From assembly GCA_965214405.1 (NCBI GenBank), contig OZ243956.1:1312001-1376000 (forward strand): a stretch of 64,000 nt of DNA. Reading direction: 5' to 3'. A program made the position numbers and the translations under genes. This DNA comes from Trueperaceae bacterium (GTDB taxonomy: Bacteria; Deinococcota; Deinococci; Deinococcales; Trueperaceae). Below, one piece after another: positions 19,974-29,697 of the stretch. Each line of letters begins with the position of its first letter. Within the stretch, counting starts at the first letter, position 1. The notes beneath the pieces were generated by a model that was given only the letters and a program-made list of their open reading frames with translations, had not been told where the DNA came from and searched no databases.

Positions 19974-20051
19974 ATGATGGTTCACAACAAAAGCGTTCGT
20001 GTCATCTGTCTCCCCGCTGTGCTTCACGCTGTACCCGCTACAGCAAGCTGA
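19974..20051 (+). CDS. Putative 25-aa leader or precursor peptide upstream of the GNAT operon
   Basis: AAAGGAGGT SD directly before ATG ATG; MMVHNKSVRVICLPAVLHAVPATAS*. Confidence 0.45.
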   Translation: MMVHNKSVRVICLPAVLHAVPATAS

Positions 20052-20156
20052 GACAGAAACCGCGTAAAAATCCCTCACAACTTTATAGTTCGTGCTTTTC
20101 CCCAAAGCGCGCCTTTGGCGTGGAGGAGCGCGCAAGCTCAGCCTAAAGGAGCGTCT

Positions 20157-21086
20157 ATGCACGTTCGCCCTTTTCAGGAGCAGGATTACAGCCCTTTTGT
20201 GGCGCTTTACAATCTCGTCCATCCATCCGCGCCCATTACCGAAGCTGAGGCGCGTCACTTCGACACGTCGCGTCAAGAGGATTTACTCGTTAACGACGTG
20301 CTCGAGACCCGCGGCGAACTCGTCGGGGCGCTATGGGCGCTTCAAGATGGGACGCGGGTGCAGTTGGACCTTCTTTTGCATCCGGAAGGGGACGCCGCAG
20401 GGAGAGACATCCTTTACAGGGCGGCGCTCGAGCAGCTTTCAACTCACCGACCCCGTACCATTGTCACGCGCGTGCGCGAGGATGAGATTGGGTGGCTCGA
20501 GTTCTATAGGGCGGCGGGGTTTGTGGAGCTCGAGCGCCAGTGGGAGTCGCGCCTGAACGTCACAACTTTCGACCCCGCGCCCTTTGTGTGGGCATCCCAA
20601 AAAGCCGCTCAAGCGGGCGTCACCTTTACGACGCTCGCTGATAAGCTCGAGGACGAGACGACGCAGCGGCTTCTTTACGACATCACCGTCGAGCTGCTTC
20701 AAGACGTTCCTTTTGCCCAGCCTAAGGCCGTCTGGCCCTTTGAGGTGTGGCTCGAGCGCTCGCTAAACAACCCGATGCGCGACCCGGCAGGCTCTTTTCT
20801 CGCCTTTTCGGGTGACGACCTCGTCGGCGTGAGCGAACTCTACCGGACGCAAAACCCGGCAAGCCTCAAAACCGGCATCACCGGCGTCAGAAAAGCGCAC
20901 CGACGCAAGGGCGTCGCGCAGACTTTGAAGTTAAACGCGGCGGCCTACGCCAAAGCGGTAGGCGCTGCGGAAATCATCACCACGAACCACACGACAAACC
21001 GCCCGATGCTCGCCATCAGCGAGGCAATGGGTTTTGTTAAAGACCCCGCCTGGATTACGCTGCAAAAAATTGAGGTAACCATATGA
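20157..21086 (+). CDS. Tandem-domain GNAT N-acetyltransferase
   Basis: TGVRKAHRRKGVAQTLK acetyl-CoA motif, N.PMLAI.E.MGF; AAGGAG SD before ATG 20157. Confidence 0.88.
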   Translation: MHVRPFQEQDYSPFVALYNLVHPSAPITEAEARHFDTSRQEDLLVNDVLETRGELVGALWALQDGTRVQLDLLLHPEGDAAGRDILYRAALEQLSTHRPRTIVTRVREDEIGWLEFYRAAGFVELERQWESRLNVTTFDPAPFVWASQKAAQAGVTFTTLADKLEDETTQRLLYDITVELLQDVPFAQPKAVWPFEVWLERSLNNPMRDPAGSFLAFSGDDLVGVSELYRTQNPASLKTGITGVRKAHRRKGVAQTLKLNAAAYAKAVGAAEIITTNHTTNRPMLAISEAMGFVKDPAWITLQKIEVTI

Positions 21087-21979
21087 ACCCATATCCTTAC
21101 GCAGGTGAGCATGATTTACAAGAAATGCAGGCGCTTCTTACCGACGTAAGACCCCAAAAGTATCTCTACGACCATCCGAGCGCCACCGACTTGCACGAAC
21201 TGCTTCTTATAACCGGAATTTGTGACAACACCGCTCTGTGGCGGGGCGAGGACGGAGAGCTTCTCGCGTATGCGTTGGTGGATGTGCGCTACCGGAATAT
21301 TCACTTTGAAATAAAACCAGGTAGTGAAGATACGCTCGCACCCTCCATTTTTTCTTGGGGTGAGGCGTGCATTCATGAACACAGCAAAGACGGTTTAACG
21401 CTCGATACTGCCTGCCCCGGTGACTATATGGAACGCGTCACTCTGTTAAAACGCCACGGCTTTACCGAACAAGAGGAGAAGACGCTGCGGTTGACACGCG
21501 ACTTAGCTCAGCCCTTTGAAAAGCCAAGCTTGCCGGAAGGATTCACGATTCGCCCGCTCGGTAGTCATGAAGCCGCCGAGGCTGTGGCGCTCCACCGCGC
21601 CGCTTTTGGCACGGAGTTTTTCACCCTCGAGGAACGCCGCGCCATCATGCAAAGCCCCGACTACGACCCGACGCTCGACCTGGTGGTGGTCGCGCCGGAC
21701 GGCACGCTCGCCGCGAGTTGCGTCGCCGAAGTAGCTGATGACCTTGGCTTTACCGACCCCCTGAGCACCCATCCTAACTATCAGCGTTTGGGGCTGGCTC
21801 GAGCCCTCCTCCTCACCGCCTTTGCCACCCTCAAAGAACGCGGCGTTGCGCGCGCGGCGCTCTCCACGAGCAGCACCAACCACGCCGCGCTCAAGACGTT
21901 TGCGTCTGTCGGTTTCCAGACCGAGTGGTCAAAAAGCTGGTTCGAGAAACCCATTTCCAAAGAGGACACAGAACTATGA
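21083..21979 (+). CDS. Tandem-domain GNAT N-acetyltransferase
   Basis: THPNYQRLGLARALL, N.AA...F.SVGF; ATGA overlap with the upstream gene. Confidence 0.88.
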   Translation: MNPYPYAGEHDLQEMQALLTDVRPQKYLYDHPSATDLHELLLITGICDNTALWRGEDGELLAYALVDVRYRNIHFEIKPGSEDTLAPSIFSWGEACIHEHSKDGLTLDTACPGDYMERVTLLKRHGFTEQEEKTLRLTRDLAQPFEKPSLPEGFTIRPLGSHEAAEAVALHRAAFGTEFFTLEERRAIMQSPDYDPTLDLVVVAPDGTLAASCVAEVADDLGFTDPLSTHPNYQRLGLARALLLTAFATLKERGVARAALSTSSTNHAALKTFASVGFQTEWSKSWFEKPISKEDTEL

Positions 21980-22932
21980 ACATCCGACCCTTTGACTTTT
22001 CCCCACAAGATTACGACGCCGTGGCCGACATCTGGAACGCGGCCTATCCCGACCAAAGAAGCAGCGCCGAAGAGATTCGCAAGCGTGACGAGACGCGTCC
22101 TGAAGAGATTCTCATGCGGCGCTTTATCGCGGAGGTGCAAACCCCCATAAGCTTCGGCGTCTTTCTGAACTCCCAGGACACCTACGACCCGCAAAAGTTC
22201 TGGCTCACGCTGACGCTACGCCCCGAGCACCACGGTAAGGGTCACGGACGAGGGCTCTATAACCATCTTCTGAGAGAACTCGAGCCCTTCCGCCCCACCG
22301 AGCTTTTCGCCTGGTCGAGAGAAGATTGGGCGAGGCAGACGCGCTTTTTCTTGGATAGGGGTTTTGAAGAGAAGATGCGCGCTTTCGAGTCGCGTTTGGA
22401 CGTGGCGAGTTTTGACGCCACACCCTACGAGGGATTGGAGGCGCGTTTGGCGGCGGAGGGGATAGAGATAAAAGATTTGGGCGAGCTCGAGCACATCCCC
22501 GACTACAGGCGCAAAATCTACGACCTCCACACCACCTTAGACGCCGACGTGCCGATGATGGGCACCTACACGCCGCCGTCGTTCGAAAGCTTTGTAAAGA
22601 CGCACTTCGAGGACGAACGCCTCATCAAAGGCAGCTTTGTCGTGGCGACCCAAGGAGACGCGTTTATAGGGATGAGCGAACTTTATCCTTCCGAGGCCGA
22701 CGCCGACCTCCACACCGGCCTCACCGGGGTGAGACGCGAAGCGCGGCGCAAGGGGGTGGCGCTGGCGATGAAAGTGCGCGGTATAGAGTTTGCCAAGCGT
22801 CACGGCGCGTCGGCGGTACGCACCTGGAACGCGTCGCACAACCCGATGCTGTTAATCAACGAGCGCTTAGGCTTTCAAAAGCAGCCCGCCAGCATCGACT
22901 TCGCCAAAGTTTTGGAGGACGCGCCGCAGTGA
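21976..22932 (+). CDS. Tandem-domain GNAT N-acetyltransferase
   Basis: RPEHHGKGHG and TGVRREARRKGVALAMK, NPMLLINERLGF; paralog of 20157. Confidence 0.9.
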   Translation: MNIRPFDFSPQDYDAVADIWNAAYPDQRSSAEEIRKRDETRPEEILMRRFIAEVQTPISFGVFLNSQDTYDPQKFWLTLTLRPEHHGKGHGRGLYNHLLRELEPFRPTELFAWSREDWARQTRFFLDRGFEEKMRAFESRLDVASFDATPYEGLEARLAAEGIEIKDLGELEHIPDYRRKIYDLHTTLDADVPMMGTYTPPSFESFVKTHFEDERLIKGSFVVATQGDAFIGMSELYPSEADADLHTGLTGVRREARRKGVALAMKVRGIEFAKRHGASAVRTWNASHNPMLLINERLGFQKQPASIDFAKVLEDAPQ

Positions 22933-22939
22933 CGCCGCA

Positions 22940-23164
22940 GTGACCACCGACCAGCGCGGCTATTTGGATACAGAACCCTTTGAGTATCAGAGGGGCAAAG
23001 ACGGCAGGATTTTTCTTTTTTGGGAAGGGAGAAGGGTCAAGGTTTTGAAGGGCAAGGAGGCCGAAAAGTTTTCGAACAAGATCGGCGCGTTGGACGCGAA
23101 GGGCGCGCAGGTGTTGATGGCGAAACTTACAGGGAACTTCAAAAGGGGTAACGAACGACTTTGA
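22940..23164 (+). CDS. Small conserved-looking hypothetical protein
   Basis: PFEYQ..KDGRIFLFWEGR.VKVLKG...AQVLMAKLTGNFKRGNER; co-oriented after the GNATs. Confidence 0.7.
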   Translation: MTTDQRGYLDTEPFEYQRGKDGRIFLFWEGRRVKVLKGKEAEKFSNKIGALDAKGAQVLMAKLTGNFKRGNERL

Positions 23165-23336
23165 AACGGTTCCGAGTAGGCGGTGCGGGGTTGAAGGGAG
23201 GGTTGACACTGTTCACCGTCCGCCTATATTTATGGAATCACTGTAGTAGGGGCGTGTGTCTCGAGCCTCGCAAAGCCTCATATTTGAGACAAGCTGGTCC
23301 AGAACCGACGAGACTAGCACATCCAGGGGGAAACTG

Positions 23337-23600
23337 ATGAGCGATTTTGAGAGCGACCCAAGCAGAGACTTACCAACGCCCGCCGACGTACCAACGCCGA
23401 CGGAGCCGCCCATCGACGAACCGAGCGAGAGTCCGCCCGCCGAGGTGCCCGACAGGAGACCGGAGGACGAGCCGGACATCAAGCTGCCGGAGCAGCCCAA
23501 CAGAGACGACCCGATGGATTCACCCGACCGAGAAACGCCCGAGGAGGAAGCGCCGGACGAGCGGTTGCCGGGACGGGAAGATAGAAGGTACGCGGACTAA
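23337..23600 (+). CDS. Small acidic Pro-rich, probably disordered protein
   Basis: AGGGGG SD, P/E/D-rich composition. Confidence 0.6.
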   Translation: MSDFESDPSRDLPTPADVPTPTEPPIDEPSESPPAEVPDRRPEDEPDIKLPEQPNRDDPMDSPDRETPEEEAPDERLPGREDRRYAD

Positions 23601-23729
23601 GCTGCGCCAATATTCGCTGTTTATAAATGCGCTTAATTTCATAACGGACGCAACAAGACCAGCGCTTCGCAATCTCCTTACTTCCACCTTCTTACTCCTC
23701 TCGCTCAGCACCCACCACAGGAGCGCACT

Positions 23730-24653
23730 ATGCTGAATAAGACAATGTCCTCCAACAACGGCTTGCTTGAATCAGTCGCTCGAGGCGTAACGCGCCTGCC
23801 CATCGTGTTTGTGAACGCATATTTTGTGGACGGTCCGAGAGGGTCGTGGTTTTTGGTGGACACGGGTCTGCCGGGTTTTGCCGCCGTCATCAAAAGCGTG
23901 GCGACCGCGCGCTACGGCACCAGACCGCCCGAGGCCGTCCTCCTGACGCACGGGCACTTCGACCACGCGGGCTCGGCGCTCGAGCTCTCCAGGGCGTGGG
24001 ACGCGCCTATCTACGCGCATGAGCTCGAGCTTCCCTACCTCACGGGTTTGTCGGACTACCCGCCGCAAGACCCGACCGTGGGCGGCGCGATTGCGATGAT
24101 GTCGCGGGCGTTTCCCCATTCCGGCTACGACTTCGGGAAGCGGGTCCGGGCGCTACCCGACGACGGCGGCGTGCCGGGTCTGCCCGAGTGGACGTGGCTC
24201 CACACGCCGGGCCACACCCCCGGCCACGTCTCGTTCTACCGGGAGCGCGACAAAACGCTTCTTGCGGGCGACGCCTTTGCGACGATGAATTTGGACTCGT
24301 GGCGCGCTCAGGTGACGCACGCGCGCCGCATAAGCCTGCCGCCCACGCCGTTTACACCCGATTGGGAAGCGGCCAGAGGGAGCGTCGAACGCTTGACGGA
24401 CCTCCGCCCCACCACGGTCGCCGCCGGACACGGCCAGGCGATGGCGGGGCCTGCGCTCACGCCCAGGTTGCAGCTTTTCGCCCGTACATTTTCACCGCCC
24501 GCCCACGGTCGCTATGTGGGGCACCCGGTACGGGCTGATGAACGTGGTGTGGTGGCACTTCCTCCGCCTGTGCCCGACCCTTTTCCGAAATGGGCTTTGG
24601 GCGCGGCGCTCGTTGTCGTGGGCGCTCTGGCGTTGGCCCGGCGTCGGAAGTAG
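23730..24653 (+). CDS. MBL-fold metallo-hydrolase with C-terminal membrane anchor
   Basis: THGHFDHAG, HTPGHTPGH, AGDAF, GHG; terminal hydrophobic helix followed by RRRK. Confidence 0.9.
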   Translation: MLNKTMSSNNGLLESVARGVTRLPIVFVNAYFVDGPRGSWFLVDTGLPGFAAVIKSVATARYGTRPPEAVLLTHGHFDHAGSALELSRAWDAPIYAHELELPYLTGLSDYPPQDPTVGGAIAMMSRAFPHSGYDFGKRVRALPDDGGVPGLPEWTWLHTPGHTPGHVSFYRERDKTLLAGDAFATMNLDSWRAQVTHARRISLPPTPFTPDWEAARGSVERLTDLRPTTVAAGHGQAMAGPALTPRLQLFARTFSPPAHGRYVGHPVRADERGVVALPPPVPDPFPKWALGAALVVVGALALARRRK

Positions 24654-24715
24654 GGCTTCGGCTCGAGCCGCACCCGCTCATACCCTTGATTGAATCTACC
24701 CATAACAACACGCTC

Positions 24716-24774
24716 TTGACGCCATCAGTACATAGGGATACTATATACTTGTTTAAGTACCTAGACATCCTATG
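24716..24774 (+). promoter_or_regulatory. Sigma70 promoter with overlapping inverted repeats (probable PadR autoregulatory operator)
   Basis: TTGACG-17 nt-TACTAT (24716-24744); TACTT-gttt-AAGTA and CATAGG...CCTATG palindromes. Confidence 0.6.
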
Positions 24775-24780
24775 GAGGTG

Positions 24781-25110
24781 ATGATGGACGGCAATTTATT
24801 GCGGGGCAACCTCGAGCTCATCCTGCTCGCCATTTTGGAAAACGGCCCCAAGTACGGCCTCGAGATTATTGGTGAGGCGAGAAGTCGCACGGAAGGCTAC
24901 TTCGATTTCAAGGAAGGAAGCCTCTACCCCGCGCTGCACCGGCTCGAGAAAGCCAAATTCGTCAAAGCCGCGTTCGCTCCGTCTGACAGCGGCGGACCCC
25001 GCCGCCGTTACTATCACCTAACCGACGCCGGGGTGCGGCGGCTCGCGGAAAAACGCGGGGAGTGGGAAACGTTCAACAGCGCGGTGAGAGCGCTCTGGGA
25101 GGCGAGATGA
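24781..25110 (+). CDS. PadR family transcriptional regulator
   Basis: LELILLAIL...YGLEI, EGSLYPALHRLE, RRRYYHLT..G. Confidence 0.93.
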   Translation: MMDGNLLRGNLELILLAILENGPKYGLEIIGEARSRTEGYFDFKEGSLYPALHRLEKAKFVKAAFAPSDSGGPRRRYYHLTDAGVRRLAEKRGEWETFNSAVRALWEAR

Positions 25111-26300
25111 GCCACAAGGACAATAAAGAGACGGACCACCGAGCGCAGAAAGAGCAGTATGTGCGCCTGGCGACGCGCGGGCTTTGGGGGCGCAGGCGGC
25201 TCGAGGTCAAAGAGGAACTCATGACGCATATCGAAGACCGCACGACCGTTCACCGAATAGCCGGGATGCGCGAGGGGGACGCGCTCGAGCGCACGCTTCA
25301 AGAACTCGGTCACCCGAGAGAAGTTAGAGAGGGCATGGTGCAGCTTTATACGCTGCCGACGCTGCTCGGGTCGGGCGCGCTGCTCGCCTCGGTGTGCGCC
25401 GTCTTGGTGGTGCTGTTCTCGAGCAGCTTGGCGCAGACGCTCTCGACCACTGACCGCTTTCCCTCAGCATTTTGTTTCGAAACCCAGTACAGTGTGGACG
25501 CACCTTCACCGTTTTGCTACCCAGGGCTTTGGACCAACGTGGAGGCGCTTAAAGACGTGCTCGAGCCGCAAGGTGTAGGCGTGTCTTATGGGGATTTTGT
25601 CCTGAAGCTGGCGTTTTCCGATGGCTCTCAAGCTAAGTCAGTCAACCTCAATCTCTACACCCGCTTTTTTCTTAACGAGAATATGGCCGAGTTCCCCGCT
25701 GAGTATCAGGCACGTCCCGGTTATGTTCCAGTGTGGGGCCTGCTCGAGCAAATCATCTTAGGGTCAGACGTAGAGGTTGAGATTAAAGGCTGGCCCAACC
25801 CACGCATCGCGCTAAACGGTGCCTCGTTTGAGTTAGGCACCAAAGGCGGGTCTGAGGGAAGAGAGCTTTATCAAACATATCTCTCTGACGTTCTGTTTGA
25901 CAGTTTAGTTTCACCTGCGAGTGCTTATCAAGTCTACGTTTTGTCCACACCCCCCTCTTTTGGTCCCACCGTCGATGAAAACCTCCTCCACACACAACGC
26001 TTCGACCTTGCAGCTAGGACTCAGGATGTATATGGTGTGATTGTCGTGATAAAAGGTCCTGAATCTCTCTTGCCCGGCGCAGCGCCTTATCGGGAGGATG
26101 AACTGACCTTCTTTACAAACGTCGCCCCGGCGGACGCTGACGGTACGGTCGCCTTACAGCTTCCCAAAGAGCCGGTCACCTTTGTAGATAAGCTCCCCGT
26201 TCAGCCGGAAGTGGGCACGGCAATTCTTGTACGTCTTACAGGTGAGGCGAGCGAGGGCAGCTTTGGCTATGAAATCGTTTCACCTGAGAGGCTTCGTTAG
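25107..26300 (+). CDS. PadR-partner membrane protein (HAAS/permease-prefix N-domain, one TM, large extracytoplasmic domain)
   Basis: YVRLATRGLWG.RR.EVKEEL..HIED...LQELG.P..V, then a TM helix; ATGA overlap with padR. Confidence 0.75.
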   Translation: MSHKDNKETDHRAQKEQYVRLATRGLWGRRRLEVKEELMTHIEDRTTVHRIAGMREGDALERTLQELGHPREVREGMVQLYTLPTLLGSGALLASVCAVLVVLFSSSLAQTLSTTDRFPSAFCFETQYSVDAPSPFCYPGLWTNVEALKDVLEPQGVGVSYGDFVLKLAFSDGSQAKSVNLNLYTRFFLNENMAEFPAEYQARPGYVPVWGLLEQIILGSDVEVEIKGWPNPRIALNGASFELGTKGGSEGRELYQTYLSDVLFDSLVSPASAYQVYVLSTPPSFGPTVDENLLHTQRFDLAARTQDVYGVIVVIKGPESLLPGAAPYREDELTFFTNVAPADADGTVALQLPKEPVTFVDKLPVQPEVGTAILVRLTGEASEGSFGYEIVSPERLR

Positions 26301-26422
26301 TCCGCCAAAGAGAAGCGAGAGGGTGAGGCTCGGGTGTAGGTAAGGGTGTAAGCAAAGCAGCAAAAGCTCGAGCCCTCCCCTCACCATCGACCTCATAAAA
26401 ATTAACCTCGTACAATAGCCCC

Positions 26423-27625
26423 ATGCCCACCCCCCACTTCACCCCCCAAGACCCCGCCTTTATTGCCGACCCCTACCCCACCTACGCCCGGCTGCGCCGC
26501 GAAGCGCCCATCTTTTATTACGAACCGTGGGGCAAGTGGATTCTGACGGCTTACGAGGACGTAAACGCGCTCCTGCGAGACAAGCGGCTCGGGCGGGTGC
26601 CAGGTAATAATGAACAAGGGACGCCCAACCCGGCGCACGCACCCTTCGACGCAGTTCAGGAGGGCTCGCTTTTAGAAATTGAACCGCCCGACCACACCCG
26701 CGTGCGGGGCGCGGTCCACGCGGCCTTTACGCCGCGGCACGTGCGGGCGCTCTCTGGGCGCGTTGAGGCGCTTTGTGAGGCGCTTGTGGCGGGGCTGCTC
26801 GAGCACCCCACCCGCGAAACGGACCTCCTCAAAGCTTTTGCCGAACCCCTACCCGTGACGGTCATCGCGGATTTACTCGGTGTACCCGAAAAGGACCGGC
26901 ACAAGCTCCTGCCCTGGTCAAAGGCCATCATCGGCATGTTCGAGCCTCTACGCACGCCCGAGGCGGAGGCGCGGGCGGTAGAGGCTGCGGGGGCTTTCTC
27001 CAGTTACGTGCGCGCGCTCATGGAACAAAAACGCGCCACGCCCGAGGACGACCTCATCAGCCGGATGGTGAGCTTGCACGACGCGGACCCCGACGCTTTG
27101 AACGAAGGGGAGGTGGTCGCCAACTGCATCTTGTTTCTCAACGCGGGCCACGAGGCGGTCGTCAATGTGATCGGCAACGGGCTGCGGGCGCTCCTCACGC
27201 ATCCTGAAGCGTTGGCGAGGGTGCGCGGTAACCCTGCGCTCATCCCCGCGGCGGTCGAGGAGATGATGCGTTATGACACGCCCTTGCAGTTTTTTGAACG
27301 GTTTGTGCTCGAGGACCTCATCCACAAGGGTCACGTTTGGCCGCGCGGCACCAAACTCTGCCTCTTCTACGCCGCCGCCAACCGCGACCCCGCCGTATTT
27401 GATGAGCCCGAGACTTTCGACGTGAGCCGCGACCCTAACCCGCACCTCGCGTTCGGTCTGGGCCTCCACTACTGCATCGGCGCGCCGCTGGCTCGTTTGG
27501 AACTCCAGAGCGCGCTCCGCGTCTTGCTAATGCGCCTGCCGGAGTTGCGCTTGATGTCTCAGAGGCTCGAGGTTGAGCCCAAAAACGTGTTTCGCTATCT
27601 CAAAGCGTTACGAGTTTCTTACTGA
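26423..27625 (+). CDS. Cytochrome P450
   Basis: NAGHEA I-helix, EEMMRYD (ExxR), HLAFGLGLHYCIG heme-binding motif. Confidence 0.95.
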   Translation: MPTPHFTPQDPAFIADPYPTYARLRREAPIFYYEPWGKWILTAYEDVNALLRDKRLGRVPGNNEQGTPNPAHAPFDAVQEGSLLEIEPPDHTRVRGAVHAAFTPRHVRALSGRVEALCEALVAGLLEHPTRETDLLKAFAEPLPVTVIADLLGVPEKDRHKLLPWSKAIIGMFEPLRTPEAEARAVEAAGAFSSYVRALMEQKRATPEDDLISRMVSLHDADPDALNEGEVVANCILFLNAGHEAVVNVIGNGLRALLTHPEALARVRGNPALIPAAVEEMMRYDTPLQFFERFVLEDLIHKGHVWPRGTKLCLFYAAANRDPAVFDEPETFDVSRDPNPHLAFGLGLHYCIGAPLARLELQSALRVLLMRLPELRLMSQRLEVEPKNVFRYLKALRVSY

Positions 27626-27689
27626 CCTTGTTTGCTACGGGGCACATGCAGCGTAGGAAACTTCTCAAACACAAAAGCGTCGCCCAAGC

Positions 27690-28022
27690 TCACAGCCCCA
27701 GGTGCGTCCGTAACTTTTCGTCAAGCTCGAGCCGCAACTTTTCAGTGATTGAACCCAGACAACCCGTTAAGCGTGTCCGGTTGAGCCCGCGCACGTAGTT
27801 GAGCTGCACCTTGCTTTTTTCTTTGAGCCCGCAACACGCGACCGGAAGCAGAACGTCAAAGGGGTAAAGGCGCGCGGTGTTACTGGTAATAGGAGCAACC
27901 ACCAGATGAGGCAAGTGGTGGTTGGCGTCATTGTTCGTCAAGATGACGGCAGGTCGGCTAAAGGCAGGCTCACCTTTGACACTGGGTTCCCAGTCCACGC
28001 GGTAGATGTCGCCACGCTTCAC
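27690..28022 (-). CDS. PemK/MazF family endoribonuclease toxin
   Basis: VKRGDIYRV...P..GE....RPAVIL.N, VAPITS; GTG start overlaps the antitoxin stop. Confidence 0.9.
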   Translation of the reverse strand: MKRGDIYRVDWEPSVKGEPAFSRPAVILTNNDANHHLPHLVVAPITSNTARLYPFDVLLPVACCGLKEKSKVQLNYVRGLNRTRLTGCLGSITEKLRLELDEKLRTHLGL

Positions 28023-28258
28023 CTTTCCTCCACCGGTAAGTCGAGCCAAGTTTCCGCTTCCTCTTGCAGGTCTCGAGAAGCTGCATAGTCAGCGGCAAAC
28101 TGCTCGTAACCCGCGACAAGACTTTGCTTTTTGAGCGCTTCGACCGCCGCCTCGACGGTGGCGCTAAAGGTGGCTAAACCCTCGCTGCGCTGATAGTCCC
28201 TAAGAAACTCATAAGCCGATTTGGGCAGGGTGATGTGTTTTCTTAGTGGGGTTTCCAT
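28019..28258 (-). CDS. Cognate antitoxin (MazE/RHH-like)
   Basis: 79 aa, RKHITLP...SATVEAAVEALK...L.AGYEQ; directly upstream of and coupled to the toxin. Confidence 0.8.
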   Translation of the reverse strand: METPLRKHITLPKSAYEFLRDYQRSEGLATFSATVEAAVEALKKQSLVAGYEQFAADYAASRDLQEEAETWLDLPVEER

Positions 28259-28586
28259 AGCTCACAGTTTAACACACCGCTTGTGGGTAGCTACTTCACT
28301 ATGATTGACCAGGGCTGACGCATCTAGTCTTGGCTCTTTTCAGAAGCGTGTCCGGCACGCATAAATCAGCTCTCTCGTAAGATAAAGTGACAGCTCACCG
28401 CACTAAACAATGATCCCCCCGCTCCATCTTCTCTGGCCTAAAAGCCTTTTACCCTTGCCTTCAGTCTCCCCTACTACTTAACCTTTTCACCTGAGCATTC
28501 GCGCACCATAGGTCATTTCGCAATATCACTGTACGATTAATTACAATATTGACATCTTGACGCGGCGCGTGTCGTACACTTTAAGG

Positions 28587-29084
28587 ATGGAACTCAACGA
28601 CCTCCTCAACACCCTCCCGAAACCAGGCAAGCTCGAGTGGATCGGCCTACGCACCGAGCGCCGAGGCGATATCCTTAGCGTAGACGAGACTGAGGCGAAA
28701 GTGGGTTTGGGCTTAGCGGGCGACCGCCGCGCCGAGAACAAGAAGCCGAACCCGAAAAGCCCGCGTCAGGTAACGCTCATCCAGGCCGAGCATTTAGCGG
28801 CCGTCGCGTCTTTTGTGGGCTCGGAACGGGTGGACCCCGCCGGAACGCGGCGCAACCTGCTCGTGTCGGGCGTGAACCTGCTGGCCCTCAAGGATAAACG
28901 GTTTCGGATAGGCGAGGTGCTGTTAGAGGGCTCCGGGCTCTGCCACCCCTGCTCGAGGATGGAAGAAACGTTGGGGTCGGGCGGCTACAACGCGATGCGC
29001 GGTCACGGCGGCATCACGGCGCGGGTTTTAGAGGAGGGCGTGATAAGGGTGGGGGACGCAGTCGCGCTCGAGCTTACGGACTAG
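28587..29084 (+). CDS. MOSC domain protein
   Basis: GLAGDR, RQVTLIQAEH, RRNLLVSG, CHPCSRME, GGITARVL..G.I.VGD. Confidence 0.9.
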   Translation: MELNDLLNTLPKPGKLEWIGLRTERRGDILSVDETEAKVGLGLAGDRRAENKKPNPKSPRQVTLIQAEHLAAVASFVGSERVDPAGTRRNLLVSGVNLLALKDKRFRIGEVLLEGSGLCHPCSRMEETLGSGGYNAMRGHGGITARVLEEGVIRVGDAVALELTD

Positions 29085-29571
29085 CGAGCTTCGCCTCGAT
29101 TTCACCCCTCAGCTTGTCCATACGCTTACGGTTCACGCCCATGTCGCCCCGGCCCACGCGCGACGCCGAGCGGAAGTGAATCACTTTGGCGGTGTTGTCA
29201 ACATAAAACTCAACGTCGTCTGTAAAGCGAAACACCAGGCTGCGAACCTCGGCGTGTAAGTAGCGCTTGTCCTTGGTGACGACCTTGCTGCGGGGGGTCG
29301 CCTCTACGGCTTCGGAAATCGCGCGCATCGCCTTTTTGGCGTCGCCCGCGAAGGGGATGGGCGGCGCGTAGTGCTGGCCGTCGTCCGGCGGAGCCTGCGT
29401 CGAGACGCAGTTGGGGGAGTCGGGGCAGGGGGCGAGTTGGCCGTTCTGCACGCCGAGCTGTTTAGCGGCCACAGCGACCGTTATGGTAACGCTCAAGAGA
29501 AACCCCAGCGCGACGAGGAAGAGCAGGCGCACCTTCCCGACGGGGCGTTTTACAGGCATGTTCGGGCTCAC
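29074..29571 (-). CDS. DUF1499 family protein
   Basis: LAPCPDSPNCVSTQ, FRFTDDVEF, RSASRVG.GD.GVNRKR. Confidence 0.9.
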   Translation of the reverse strand: MSPNMPVKRPVGKVRLLFLVALGFLLSVTITVAVAAKQLGVQNGQLAPCPDSPNCVSTQAPPDDGQHYAPPIPFAGDAKKAMRAISEAVEATPRSKVVTKDKRYLHAEVRSLVFRFTDDVEFYVDNTAKVIHFRSASRVGRGDMGVNRKRMDKLRGEIEAKLASP

Positions 29572-29697
29572 CAGTTTCGTTCATGCGCCAGTCTAGTCTT
29601 TTCACATGCCCCGCACTGTAAGCCCCTCTGATATGGTGCTCCAAAAGTAGAAGGCGCGCGCTCGAAAACGCTTTCGAGTGCGCTTTCTAAAAAAGAG

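Noticed and set aside
26423..27625. P450 as the tailoring enzyme for the terpene cyclase
   Set aside because: It is 23 kb away with unrelated genes between, so the sequence gives no evidence of linkage.
28300..28550. Possible gene remnant in AT-rich intergenic DNA (minus-strand MERGD..., PDTLLKRA)
   Set aside because: Matches are too short and are interrupted by a stop, so chance cannot be excluded.
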